This document shows, in pieces, positions 53,397-64,000 of a stretch of DNA of 64,000 nucleotides. The position numbers and the translations under genes were made by a program. How positions within the stretch are numbered: the first letter of the stretch is position 1; each line of letters begins with the position of its first letter. A model generated the notes under the pieces. That model was not told the DNA's origin. It did not search any database and saw nothing but the letters and a program-made list of their open reading frames with translations. The DNA is from a virus (lineage: Duplodnaviria; Caudoviricetes): IMG/VR virus record IMGVR_UViG_3300031949_000003. The stretch is one strand, 5' to 3'.

Positions 53397-53902
53397 CCAC
53401 CATCACCGACAAGCTCGCGCGCATCGACACGGCCCTCGCGAAGCAACCGCAGCTCTCGACTGCCGAGCGTGCGGAATACGATCGAATCTGGGAGCGCTTG
53501 CGTCGCGCGAAGAGCGATCGGCGCCGCGCTGAAAAACGCGGTGACGCCAAGAAGCTCGCCGCCGCCGAGCGCGCGATCGTACGCGCGACCGAGGCCCGAG
53601 AGACGCTCGTGCTCCCCCACGTCGGGCACCTGTGGGCGCCCGCACGGATCATCGGCAAGTTCGAGAGCCGCTGGAGCGGGCCAGGCGTCGCCGGATCACA
53701 CGTCCAGGAGTGCGAGATGGTCCTCGATCACAAGGACATCTCTGGTCCCGAGTACCGCACCGTGCGCGTGCTCAAGGACGAAGGCGCTCCGCCCACGAAC
53801 GCGCGCTCCGCGCCCACGGTGATGGGCGTCGCGTGGTTCGCGGTCAAGGAGCAGATCGAACGCGGGAAGATCGTCGTACTCGGCGAAGAGGAGCCGTCAT
53901 GA
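53393..53902 (+). CDS. hypothetical protein
   Basis: 169 aa, GGAGG SD, GTGA overlap. Confidence 0.7.
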   Translation: MTTITDKLARIDTALAKQPQLSTAERAEYDRIWERLRRAKSDRRRAEKRGDAKKLAAAERAIVRATEARETLVLPHVGHLWAPARIIGKFESRWSGPGVAGSHVQECEMVLDHKDISGPEYRTVRVLKDEGAPPTNARSAPTVMGVAWFAVKEQIERGKIVVLGEEEPS

Positions 53903-54489
53903 CCATGCAGACACAAGACGCCGCGCTCTCCATCGGGCTGCCCACCAAGCTCGTACGCGAGCAGGTCCGCACGTTCGGCCCCGCGCCCATCGGCGGACGT
54001 TACGGTGCTGGTGCCATGATCACTGCGACCGTGCGCTTCGACGACCGCTGCAAAAACGGCCATAACACGTTCTCGATCACGGCAGACGTGACCACGCCCG
54101 AGTCGCGTGCACAGCGCGATATCGTGGCAGGCGGGTGCCTCCACGACGACATCGTCGCCGTGTTCCCCGAGCTGGCGCCGCTCGTCAAGTGGCACCTGTG
54201 CTCGACCGACGGCCCGCTCCACTACGTCGAGAACACGATGTACTGGCTCGGCCGCCGCGGCTACACGCGTTGGGACAACGAGCGCTGCGGTCGAAAAAAC
54301 ACGGCCAACGATCCACCGAACCTTGAACACGCGAAGAAAGCGGCCCTCTGGCCCGACATGCCCGAGCGCTTCGTCCTCACGGGCACGTCCGTCTCGAACG
54401 CGATCGTCGAAGAAGTGCTCGCCGATCGGCTGCCCGCGCTCCTGGCCGAGTTCCGTGCAGTGATCGAGGCCCAAGGGATGATGTGGTGA
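53899..54489 (+). CDS. phage/plasmid-type hypothetical protein
   Basis: DDRCKNGHNTFSIT...GGCLHDDI...KWHL..DGPLHY. Confidence 0.7.
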   Translation: MTMQTQDAALSIGLPTKLVREQVRTFGPAPIGGRYGAGAMITATVRFDDRCKNGHNTFSITADVTTPESRAQRDIVAGGCLHDDIVAVFPELAPLVKWHLCSTDGPLHYVENTMYWLGRRGYTRWDNERCGRKNTANDPPNLEHAKKAALWPDMPERFVLTGTSVSNAIVEEVLADRLPALLAEFRAVIEAQGMMW

Positions 54490-55217
54490 TGAGCGACTTC
54501 CTCAAACAATCCGATCGCCGAGAGATCTTGATCGCGGTCTGGTCCGCGGATTTCGTCCGCAATCTCAACGGCAAAGCCGAGCTGGCGGAGAGTCCCGTAG
54601 TCCTGCAACGGCTCGCCGCGCGCGCGGCCGATTGCGCCGATCGCGCTATCAATGCGCTGCGGCTTCTCATCGAAGTCGAGTTCCGACTCTTGAGCAGCGA
54701 AGAACTGGAGCGCTGCTACATGACCTGGGAAGACTTCGTCGCGGGCTGCCGAGGAAATACGCTCAGGGACAGCGACGGCTACGGCGAGCTGGCGACCGCC
54801 GATCATCACGTCTCGGACCTCCGCATCGTGCCAAGCGGCACGTTCGGCGCACGCTACGTCCGCCCGGACTGGGCCACGCACGTCTGCTGGTACAACAAAT
54901 GACCCAAGAGCCTCCCATCAAGACCGCCCTATTGTTTCGCTGGTGTCCCGAGGTCGACGGAGGACATCTCATCGAGACGTCTGCCCAACCGGAAGTCACG
55001 ATGCGCCTGGAGTACGTCGAGCTGCTCGACGACTGGCGGATCGAGAGCCTCGACGTCGGAGGTCAGAGCCACCGCGTGAACGATCCCGATCTACGTCCCC
55101 TCAAGCTACCGCCCGTAGGACCTGCGATGATCGTGACGATCCGGGCGCGCAACACGTCGCCCGATCGGCAACGCTTCCCCGGCGCGAAGATCATCGGGAC
55201 AGTCGTCCGGTGAACCT

Positions 55218-55287
55218 GGGTATCTCTTCACCCGTCTCTCGAGCACCACGCTCGTGTGGCCACGCCGCGTCGGGTGTGCCGATACCC
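55218..55287. promoter_or_regulatory. pair of GGGT-N8-ACCC operator-like sites
   Basis: GGGTatctcttcACCC at 55218-55233 and GGGTgtgccgatACCC at 55272-55287. Confidence 0.72.
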
Positions 55288-55346
55288 AGGTCTTGCGGAC
55301 GTACAGTTAGCCCGCCGCAGATCCGGCACGCCGCGCGCAATCGTCA

Positions 55347-56060
55347 GTGGTCATGCAGATGCTGACGATCACCGACGCCGACCGAGCGCTCGCCAACGAG
55401 CTGGGGCTACTCCTGGAGAAGCGCTCCGAGTCCGAGCAGGATCGCAAGGACGCCGCCGACGCGCGGGCGCTCCGGGCGCCAGAGACCTGGACGGTCTACG
55501 CGGGCACGCGAAGCCATCCTGTCGGCCGCCTCCACTTCACGCCGGTCGACTGCCTCTACGCAAGCAAGTACGCCTCGGGCGTCAGCGGGATCGAAGAGAC
55601 GGTCGCCGACGCGCTCCGCTGGATCGCTCCGGTCGTTCGCCACGTGCGCACGGGCGAGTACGACGGCACGGAGACGATCGTCATGCAGCGCACCGGGAAG
55701 ATCTTCGACCGCCCACGCGCAATCACCGAGTGCGGCGGCAAGCCCACCGGCGCGGACTACAACCCGGTCGCGGCCCAGAGCGAGCTGATCAACGGTCGCT
55801 CACACGAGATGTGTCACGCGTGCCGCGCCAAGCTCGAAGCGCGCGGTGCGAAAGACCTCTCGCACCTGCCCGAGCGCACTGGATCGTCGACCGCCAGGCA
55901 GCGCGACTACCTCCGGCGCCTGCTCGATGAAGGCGCGCGCAATGGTCGCCCGCACCTCATGGACGCGCGCGGTATCGAACAGATGTCGAACCGCGCGGCG
56001 TCTGCGGCGATCGACCAGCTGAAGTCGCTCAAGGAGCGAGGCTGGAAGGGGGACCTGTGA
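55347..56060 (+). CDS. hypothetical protein
   Basis: 237 aa ORF downstream of the operator pair. Confidence 0.7.
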   Translation: MVMQMLTITDADRALANELGLLLEKRSESEQDRKDAADARALRAPETWTVYAGTRSHPVGRLHFTPVDCLYASKYASGVSGIEETVADALRWIAPVVRHVRTGEYDGTETIVMQRTGKIFDRPRAITECGGKPTGADYNPVAAQSELINGRSHEMCHACRAKLEARGAKDLSHLPERTGSSTARQRDYLRRLLDEGARNGRPHLMDARGIEQMSNRAASAAIDQLKSLKERGWKGDL

Positions 56061-57317
56061 AGCGCAATCCCAAGAAGGGCTGCAACAACCAGCCCCGCGG
56101 GTACACCCCGGCACGCGTGCTTGCGAAATTACCAGCCTGCTACGGGTGCTGCCGCAAGCTTGTGCTGTACGGAGCGGGTTGTGACTGCGCCGACGTCATG
56201 AAGGGGGCGCTGTGAGCAGCGCGGAAACGACAACCGTCGACCTCGTCATCCGCCTCAAAGTCGCGGGTTCTCCCGCCAACGTCGAAAAGTACCGTGCGGC
56301 ACTCGAAATGCTAGCCGACGTCATGGTCGTGCAGGCCGAGGACGGGCTCTGGTCGGCCGGCTACCGTGACGGCGGCGACGAGGAGACGCCGAACGAATAC
56401 GTCGCCGATATCGACCACACCCGCGTGCAAGCCATCCTGATCGGTGAGGTCACACGGGATGCAGCACTCCGTGCGCATTGTGCGCGCCTAGAAGCGATCG
56501 CGGACGAGCTAGCCGCCATCGCGAGCCGCGTGATCCGCGTGCCGGGCAAGCCGACCGCGATGGACGAGCGCATCGCGGGACTCGTTCGAGAGCTGGACGC
56601 GCTCTCGAAGGAGGCCCCGTGAGCCTCGCAAAAACCGCCGACTCGCGCGCGGAGGCGTGGCGCAAGCTCGCCGACTACTACAAGTGCCTCGCGGCCGAGC
56701 GGGCTGACGAGGGCACCAGCGTCCAGCTTGCGTGCCTCGTGCTCGCCGACTACTCCCTGCATCAATGGTCTGGCGACTACGGCGGTCCGACACCGGAGAT
56801 GGTCGCGCTTGCCGAGAACACGGCTGGCGAGTCCCTCGACGAGAAGATCGCCGCCGAGCTGGCGAAGGGAGACGCGTCGTGAAGTTCGTTATCCGTAAGG
56901 TCACGGACCAGCCGTCGCCATCCGGCAACTGGTTTCTCGTGTGCGGCAAGGGCAGGCGGTTCGAGTGGGCGTCGATCGCAAAGGCGACGCGGTTCGATGA
57001 CGTCGGAGACGCCGCCATCCGAGCCGAGAAGCTCGGGCTTCGCGCAACCGACATCACGGTCGAGGCGGTGCTGAAGTGATGGCGTACATCGTGGCCACCA
57101 ACAACTGCTGTCACTGCAAGGACTGCTGGAACCTCGCCGACGTTCCGCACGAGACGCGCCGCGCGGTGTTCACGGTGCGCGAGATGCGCGACGACGGCTT
57201 CGAGTACCACGTGATCCCGGGCGGCTTCGCGACGCGCTTTGCGGCCGAAGATGCACTCAAGAAGAGTCGGAGGACGCGACTCGACGTGGGACACGCGAGC
57301 GCTGAGGGTGTGACGAC

Positions 57318-57542
57318 GTGAAGCTGAGCCGTCCGCAGCTCGATGCGCTCCGCTACGCGAACGGGCGGCAGCTCTACGCCAAGGACATCAACGACGGCAA
57401 CGGCAACCGACGACGAACGCTTTTGTGGCTGATCAAGCACGGACTGCTCGGCTGGGATCCGAACTACCAAGGGCGCGTCGTACTCACCGCGCTCGGGAAG
57501 CAGAAGCTCGCCGACGCCCGCGAAAAGAAGGCCGCGTCATGA
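57318..57542 (+). CDS. small winged-helix-like protein
   Basis: MKLSRPQLDAL...LIKHGLL...LTALGK. Confidence 0.6.
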   Translation: MKLSRPQLDALRYANGRQLYAKDINDGNGNRRRTLLWLIKHGLLGWDPNYQGRVVLTALGKQKLADAREKKAAS

Positions 57543-57843
57543 CCCGTATCTTCACGATCGAATACGAGCACACATGGCCGACGGAGACCTGGCCCAACAA
57601 TCTTCCCCTCGTGCCAGGCGTCCCACGAGAGATCTGGGGTCATGACGCCGGAAAACCTACGGGCCAGCGATTCCTACTGGACGTGCCGAACGTGAGGGAT
57701 CAAGAGCAGGCCTTGACGATCGTGCGCGCCGACGCGTCGCGCGGCTTCGGGACCATCCTGCACTCGGTGACACCGCAGCCGGATGGATACGTCAGTCGAG
57801 GGTTTCGCAGGAAAGACGCGAAAGACGCGAAGGAGATCAAGCC

Positions 57844-58344
57844 GTGACCGCCGCGGCCGACGAATACGAGGCGAAGAGCCACGCGACACGCCTCGCCACG
57901 CTCGCCACCGCGCGCGCCGAAGAAAAAAAAGCCCGTCGCCTGCGACGCGAGGGCAAGAACGAGGAGGCGATCGAGGCGTACGACTACGCACGCGAGCTGT
58001 ACGCCGACACCAGCTTCGCCTTCGGTGGGGCCCTCCGACGACGGGATAGCCGCGCCGAGGAAGAGCTGGTCGACGAGGTGAAGCGCGCGATCTCGCGCTG
58101 CGACTCGATCACGAGCAACCTCAAGCATCCCAAGACCCAGCGCGCCGCTGCGACCACGCCGCGGCCCAACTGCCTTGACTGCGGCAAGCCGCTTCGTCGC
58201 TTCAAGTGGGACGATCGTGCGTTCGCTGACGGCACGCCGCGCGAGTGGGGTGACTACGGAGATCAGCGCTTCTGTGGGCTTCGTTGCGGCTGGAGCTGGG
58301 CATGCGCTCACGCGCCGATGCCGAAGAAGGCGCAGAAGCCGTGA
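57844..58344 (+). CDS. hypothetical protein with C-terminal Zn-finger
   Basis: CLDCGK...FCGLRC. Confidence 0.65.
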   Translation: MTAAADEYEAKSHATRLATLATARAEEKKARRLRREGKNEEAIEAYDYARELYADTSFAFGGALRRRDSRAEEELVDEVKRAISRCDSITSNLKHPKTQRAAATTPRPNCLDCGKPLRRFKWDDRAFADGTPREWGDYGDQRFCGLRCGWSWACAHAPMPKKAQKP

Positions 58345-58567
58345 CGGGGTTCTGCCTCCACTGCGCGTCGAGCACGCGAGCCCGCTGCTCGTGGTTGGAG
58401 AGCACATGAGTCTGAACGCGCGCTATTACATCACGCGCGACAGGATCCCACGTGAAAGCACCTGGACCGTGATGGATCGCGTCACCGGTCAGGCGCTCAT
58501 GCGCGGAGCACCCGAAATTGAGGCCCGTCTCGCGGCGGCGCGCCTAAACGCCGGACTCGCGGCGTCC

Positions 58568-58933
58568 TCAGGCGGCCTGCACGAGACCGTGCTGAACGGC
58601 ACCGGTCGCGTCGGTCACGACGAGCAGCACGGCTTCTTGTCCGAAGATGAGGGCGATCTCGGAGGCCAACTTCTCGGCCTTCTGGAAGATAGCTCTGCAA
58701 CTTCCACGCAGCGGGCTCATGGTCACCTCGACCGCGTAGCCGTCCTCGCTGCCTCCCTTCCAGATTCCACGCGTCTTGAAGAGGGTCGCGTTGTCGAACC
58801 TGCGCTTGACCAACGTCTCGAGGGTGTCTCGAAAGACGCGCTTGTCGAAGGCCAACGGCAGTCCCTTGTGGCGACCCGCCGCGCCGGGGACACCGGAGCC
58901 GACGTAGAGGCGCACAGAGCAGCTGGAGTCCAT
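58568..58933 (-). CDS. candidate phage SAM lyase (SAMase)-like / DUF3574-like protein
   Basis: RLYVG...FDNATL..RGIWKGGSE...LA..I...FGQEAVL pattern; lone antisense gene with its own TACCTT box. Confidence 0.5.
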   Translation of the reverse strand: MDSSCSVRLYVGSGVPGAAGRHKGLPLAFDKRVFRDTLETLVKRRFDNATLFKTRGIWKGGSEDGYAVEVTMSPLRGSCRAIFQKAEKLASEIALIFGQEAVLLVVTDATGAVQHGLVQAA

Positions 58934-60004
58934 GCACCTAAGGTATCAAGGAATGAACTTGAGCGCCGCGTCGGTCGTTGGAGCGGAGGACGCCGCTTCT
59001 ATCTCTTCTGCGACGTCGATCCGGTGACCGGTCAGATCGAGATCGAGACCTCCTGGCTGCCAGATCTGCCAGAAGTCCGCCACGAGCTGATGGCGCTTGG
59101 TTTTTACCGAAGACCAGACGGGTCGTATCACGTCAGGTTGCCGGATGTGGAAGATCACCTCGGGATCTTGCGCCGCGCCACGAAGGCCCTCGCGTGGCTG
59201 CTCAAGGAGGCGACGCTGTGACGCTGTCAGCGGCGATCTGTCCCAACTGCGAATCGCACAGGCACGCGCGCTGCTGCTCGTGGTGCGGCAAGATCCACAA
59301 GCCGGCACGCTTGCACCACGAGCACTGCTCGGCGAAGTGCGTGCGAACGGCGGCGGAGGCCGATCGGATCTCGGCCGCGATGGAGGAGGACTCCCAGTGA
59401 CCGGGATCGTGGCATCGATGCGCACCGCTCGATCACGATGCGTGGTGTGCAATCAAAGGCATGTCGACGCCTACCTCTGCGATCGATGCGCCTTCGATTC
59501 CTCCTACCTCCGACGTGATGACCCTCGATCTCCTACAGCCTCGACAGTCAGCAAAAGGTTGACCGCTGCCGAGGTGCGGGACACAGAAACTGATCACCTG
59601 TCCTCGATTAGAGGAATTCGTGATTCCAACACTCTCGATGGAGATGACGTCGACCTGTACGGGGAGCCCGCCTTTTCGCCGCGCAACGAACGAACTGCGT
59701 ATTTGCTGTACCACAACCATCTTCCACACTTCACGCGCACGGAATTGACGCGTTGGGGTGAGATCTTAGATGCACTCGATCCAATCCGTGGCTCTCTAGC
59801 GCGAACGATTGAACGAAACCGCGCGCGGGGTGCCCGGAGGAGATGGACCAAGTTCTGCGATTTCTGGCCGATTCTTGCGCTGCGGATATTCACCGCGAGT
59901 CTTTCACCGCCCCCACGCCCCAAGAGAAGACTATCTGCGGAGCTGCTGGCGAGGATCGATTGATGCCTGATGTCTGATGATGCCCGACGCTTCCCCGCTT
60001 TCCC

Positions 60005-60083
60005 GGGTACTCATTCACCCGGTTCTCGAGCACCACAGATCCGTGGCGCTCGTGGAGCTCTGGAGACGGGTGTGCCACTACCC
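60005..60083. promoter_or_regulatory. pair of GGGT-N8-ACCC operator-like sites
   Basis: GGGTactcattcACCC at 60005-60020 and GGGTgtgccactACCC at 60068-60083. Confidence 0.72.
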
Positions 60084-60231
60084 AGGTTTCGTCATCGCAT
60101 GGTTGAACGTACTCGCGGGCGGCACGCCGCGCGCAGTGGAGAAGGGTCATGACCGACACGAGCACCCACACCAGCCCGCTGACCCAGGCGCTCGCGGACC
60201 TGGAGAACGCGGCGCAGACCGGAGCCGCGTC

Positions 60232-60705
60232 GTGAAGATCGAACTCAAGCGCTTCACGACCAACGCGCGCCTCTCCCAGGAGACCACCGCGTTCGCGGCC
60301 GACGTCTGGGTCGACGGCAAGAAAGCCGGCTACGCGGAGAACGCCGGCCACGGCGGTAACACGAACGTGCAGCTCGACCGAGCGTTTCGCGACGCGGTCG
60401 AGGCGTACGGCAAGATGCTCGTGCCCGCCGAGTACAAGTTCGTGAGCGGCGCCGAGTGGGTCGTCGACCAGCTCGTCGAGGCCGAGCTTCAGAAGAAGTC
60501 CGACAAGGCGTTCTCCAAGAAGCTCGCCAAGGTCGACGCCAAGGAGCGCGCTCACAACGATGCGCACGGTTACGGATCGGCGCGGTTTCGCCACGGCGGC
60601 ACGTGGTTGTGGTTCGCGTTCAAACCGGGAGCGGATCCGAAGACCGCCGCGGACGCGATCGCCGCGAAGGACAAGGTCCTCGTGGACGAAGTGGTGGTGC
60701 TGTGA
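60232..60705 (+). CDS. hypothetical protein
   Basis: MKIELKR...SQETTAFAA...ENAGHGGNT. Confidence 0.7.
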   Translation: MKIELKRFTTNARLSQETTAFAADVWVDGKKAGYAENAGHGGNTNVQLDRAFRDAVEAYGKMLVPAEYKFVSGAEWVVDQLVEAELQKKSDKAFSKKLAKVDAKERAHNDAHGYGSARFRHGGTWLWFAFKPGADPKTAADAIAAKDKVLVDEVVVL

Positions 60706-61852
60706 TGGGGATCGACGTCGAAGGACGCGTGCAATCGATCATAGCGGCCTTCGCCCAGCCCTGGCGCTGGTTTCGCGACGGCGACTGGATCGTGCTGGAG
60801 CCTCCCCACAATCACGTCGCTGCGGAGACGATTCACCACGTCAGTCAGTGCGCCGACGTCCACAACGTTCACACGGTCGAGGCCGTGTTCCGATCCACGC
60901 CGCACCTGGGAGTCTACTTGCGTTTCCGCCTGCGGGCCGATCGAAACAAAAGGAGCGCACAAGTGCTAACGCTGACCAAAGAACAGATCGAAGCTGCCAC
61001 CGGGCTCTTCGAGCGGATGAACGATGGCCGTCTCGCTGTGGATCAGGCGGTGTTCGTGATGTTCGGTTTACTGCTCGGCGCGGCGAAGGAGTCCTGATCA
61101 TGCTCTCTCTTCTGACCATCGTCCTCCAGTTCGTCATCCGCGCCGGCGATCCGAGCTGGACGTGCGAACTCTCGCACCGCGATCCCGGGATGCCGGGCAC
61201 CTACTACCTGTACTGCGCACAGACCGTGCCGAGCGGCGTCGAGGTCATCTCGGCCGGCCGGTTCGTTCCCGACGTTGCCCCCGCGACGAAGGCGGCACCG
61301 TGAAGCTCTACACGCGCACGCCTGGCGGCGACGGTCTCGGCCTCGACGTACTGCTCACTGGCCAGGTGACCGAGCGGAACGGCAAGATCCACCGCGTCGA
61401 GGTCGCCCTGCCGATCGGATGCGTCTCGATCGTCGGCTACCGCGTCGAAGTGCTTCCCAAGACGCCGGGCAGTCGGGGGCTCTTGTGGGCAGACCCGGAC
61501 GACATCCGCGCCGACGACGGCAGCACCGTCAACCAGGACCAGCTCCGCGCCGAAGTCGTGCGCGTGAACGAAGAGGGCCGCTCGGAAATGCGGCGTGGGC
61601 CGCTCGGGGAGAACTGGCCGTGAGAGCCAAGAACAATGAACGGCAGTCTCTCGGCCAGGCCCGCAGCAACGTGAACCAGGCGAAAAAGCTCATCGCCAGC
61701 ACGATCGTGCAAGTCGGCGGAGCATCAGTCACCCGTGTCGAGCGCACCAGCCAACGTGCTCTGCGCGCCGTCATGGAAGCCCTGCACACCGCCGACGTGA
61801 TCCTCGAAAACGAGTGTCACAGCGCCGTGACGCGGACTCAGAAAGCAGCCCT

Positions 61853-62182
61853 ATGAGCGCGAAAGCCCTCTTCGAATTTCGCGACGTGATCCGCGTGTGG
61901 ATCGAGTTCCGCGCGCCCAAGAAGGGCGAGCTGATGTGGTCGGTCCCCGACTGCCTCACGCCGGAGGAAGCGCTGGAGCACGTGGTCGTCGGGCGTGACG
62001 TGTGGACGTCGGGCGAAGCAGGCTTCGGCTATCGCGCCCGGGCTGACCAGCCCGAGTTCGACATGCTCGACGGCGACGCGGACGACGCCGACCTGCGGAC
62101 GCGCAACATCGTCGTGCACGTCGAGTGGGTGCGCTCCGAGCCGAGGCTCTGCAACGTCATCCCTTACATCAAGCTGCTCTAG
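61853..62182 (+). CDS. hypothetical protein
   Basis: MSAKALFEFRD... ends in TAG just before the SD of the next gene. Confidence 0.6.
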   Translation: MSAKALFEFRDVIRVWIEFRAPKKGELMWSVPDCLTPEEALEHVVVGRDVWTSGEAGFGYRARADQPEFDMLDGDADDADLRTRNIVVHVEWVRSEPRLCNVIPYIKLL

Positions 62183-62191
62183 GAGGACCAC

Positions 62192-63709
62192 GTGAGCGAC
62201 ATGCACAAGAACTGGTTCGACATCGATCGCAAGGGGCTCGCCAAGCTGATCGAGCGCCGCGGCGGCAGCGGCGGCGGCAGCGCGGATGCCAAGCTCGCCC
62301 TTCTCTTCGAGCTAATCTCCAACGCGCTCGACGCCGACGGTGTCACGAAGGTCGAGATCCTGCTGGAGCCCGAAGAGGGTGTCCCGCACGCGACGATCGT
62401 CGTGCGCGACGACGCGCCCGACGGCTTCGCCGACCTGACGCACGCGTGGACGCTGTTCGCGGAGTCGAGCCGCAAGGCGCATCCGAACAAGCGCGGACGT
62501 TTCAACCTAGGCGAGAAGCTGGTGCTCGCGCTCTGCGTCGAAGCCTCGATCATCTCGACCAAGGGCGCGGTGATGTTCGGCCCGAACGGCCGGTCGAGCA
62601 TGAAGGCGCGACGCGATCGCGGCACCGAGTTCCAGGGCATCGCGCGAATCACGCGAGCCGAGTTGGCCGAGATCAAAATCGGTCTTCGGAAACTCATCCC
62701 GCCGCCCGGCGTCACGGTGCTCGTCAACGGGGAGCTGCTGCCATCGCGAGTGCCGCTCAAGACGGTCGAAGCAACGCTGGCGACCGAGATCGCCGACGCC
62801 GAAGGAGTCCTGCGGCGCTCCGCACGCAAGACGCCCGTCGACATCTACGAGCCGCTACCCGGCGAGCTGCCGATGCTCTACGAACTCGGAATTCCCGTCG
62901 TGGAGACCGGCGACAAGTTCCACGTGAGCGTGGGACAGAAGGTGCCGTTGAACACGGACCGAGACAACGTCACGCCCGGCTACCTGCGTGACGTGCGCAC
63001 CCTCGTCGTCAACGCGATGCACGACCGCCTCACCGAGGCCGAGGGCAACGCCACGTTCGTGAACGAGGCGCTCGGCGACAAGAACGTGGCGCCTGAAGCC
63101 GCGAACAAGGCGCTCGATCTCAAGTTCACCAAGAAGCGTGCGATCTGGGATCCGAGCGACCTCGAAGCGAACATGAACCTGGAGAGCCAGGGCTACACCC
63201 TGATCAAGGGCGGCCAGCTCACCAAGGACCAGTGGACGAACGCCAAGAAGCACGACACCGCGCTCAAGCCCGCCGGTCAGATCGCGCCGACCAAGAAGGC
63301 GCGGTTCTCGCCCGACGGCGAAGACAAGTGGGTGCCGCGCGAGAAGTGGACCCCGGCGATGCACACAGTCGCCGAGTACACGATCGACGTCTGTCGTGAG
63401 CTGCTCGACAAGCCGGTGTCGGTGTCAATCCTCTCCGACATCACGGAGCGCTACGCGGCGTGCTTCGGCGAGCTGGGCTTCGTGTTCAACCTCGGACGGC
63501 TCGGACACGCCTGGTTCAACGCCGCCATGAACGAGGCGAAGCATCCGACGGTCGAGCTGAACCAGCTCATTCTTCACGAGTTAGGACACAGCGCATGTTC
63601 CAACCATCTCGACGAACGCTACCACGAGGCGCTGTGCAGCCTCGGGGCGAAGATGACCAAGCTCGCGCTGACCAAGCCGAAGCTGTTCTACCGCGCAGTG
63701 AAGGACTGA
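62192..63709 (+). CDS. GHKL-type ATPase (HATPase_c) with C-terminal HExxH metallopeptidase-like motif
   Basis: ELISNALDA (N box), DDAPDG, GRFNLGEK and GT motifs; C-terminal HELGH...NH. Confidence 0.8.
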   Translation: MSDMHKNWFDIDRKGLAKLIERRGGSGGGSADAKLALLFELISNALDADGVTKVEILLEPEEGVPHATIVVRDDAPDGFADLTHAWTLFAESSRKAHPNKRGRFNLGEKLVLALCVEASIISTKGAVMFGPNGRSSMKARRDRGTEFQGIARITRAELAEIKIGLRKLIPPPGVTVLVNGELLPSRVPLKTVEATLATEIADAEGVLRRSARKTPVDIYEPLPGELPMLYELGIPVVETGDKFHVSVGQKVPLNTDRDNVTPGYLRDVRTLVVNAMHDRLTEAEGNATFVNEALGDKNVAPEAANKALDLKFTKKRAIWDPSDLEANMNLESQGYTLIKGGQLTKDQWTNAKKHDTALKPAGQIAPTKKARFSPDGEDKWVPREKWTPAMHTVAEYTIDVCRELLDKPVSVSILSDITERYAACFGELGFVFNLGRLGHAWFNAAMNEAKHPTVELNQLILHELGHSACSNHLDERYHEALCSLGAKMTKLALTKPKLFYRAVKD

Positions 63710-63712
63710 CCG

Positions 63713-63949
63713 ATGCTGAAGGGCAAGATCATCCAGGACGGGCGTGACTACAGCGTCAAGGTAGGCTCGGTCGCGGTCGACATCACCGACGAGGTCTGCA
63801 CGCTGATCGAGCAAGAGCGCGCGACTGCGCGCGCCGAGTCCGTGCAAGAGCTGATAGAGCTGCGTGCCAAGCACGCCGACATCATCGATCGCTACAACCA
63901 GATCGTCCGCATCGTTCTCGCGGGCGGCGTCGGCATGCCGACAGGATAG
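63713..63949 (+). CDS. hypothetical protein
   Basis: 78 aa, AAGGA SD. Confidence 0.55.
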   Translation: MLKGKIIQDGRDYSVKVGSVAVDITDEVCTLIEQERATARAESVQELIELRAKHADIIDRYNQIVRIVLAGGVGMPTG

Positions 63950-64000
63950 CCCATGAAGAAGATCTCCTCGCTCTTCGCTCGCGATCCGAACAACCCTCGG

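Noticed and set aside
56098-56160. A further GGGT-N8-ACCC operator pair
   Set aside because: It is intergenic and reminiscent (GGGTACACCC; GGGTgctgccgcAAGC), but the spacing and second half-site do not fit.

Overview
High-GC, gene-dense 64 kb segment that looks like part of a large (jumbo-type) phage, prophage or giant plasmid-like element. The host is probably Myxococcota/Deltaproteobacteria, inferred from the style of the DnaJ, IF3 and GalE proteins. No capsid, terminase, integrase, rRNA, tRNA or CRISPR array is visible, so the element type is not proven. Most of the window is long same-strand runs of short, translationally coupled hypothetical ORFs (minus strand about 20-39.7 kb, plus strand about 51-64 kb). 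Recognisable genes: dnaJ, galE, infC (IF3), a C5 DNA methyltransferase, three PAPS-reductase-family enzymes, a radical SAM protein, a sulfotransferase-like fusion, SLOG, DUF488, YgjP-like and GNAT proteins, a GIY-YIG/RHH pair, a GHKL ATPase, a candidate SAM lyase, three tandem glycine-rich fibre-like paralogs and three collagen-like proteins. Reading across the window shows four layers of structure that these gene calls do not explain: (1) a shared K-K-T-x-A-Q-L-D-R-E-I-A-E peptide module grafted onto at least 7 unrelated proteins; (2) two solitary type I-C CRISPR-repeat-like hairpins ending in GCGCGGATTGAAAC; (3) eight GGGT-N8-ACCC palindromic operator-like sites, mostly in inverted pairs; (4) a recurrent TAnnnT-(6-7 nt)-ATG leaderless-type promoter signature.
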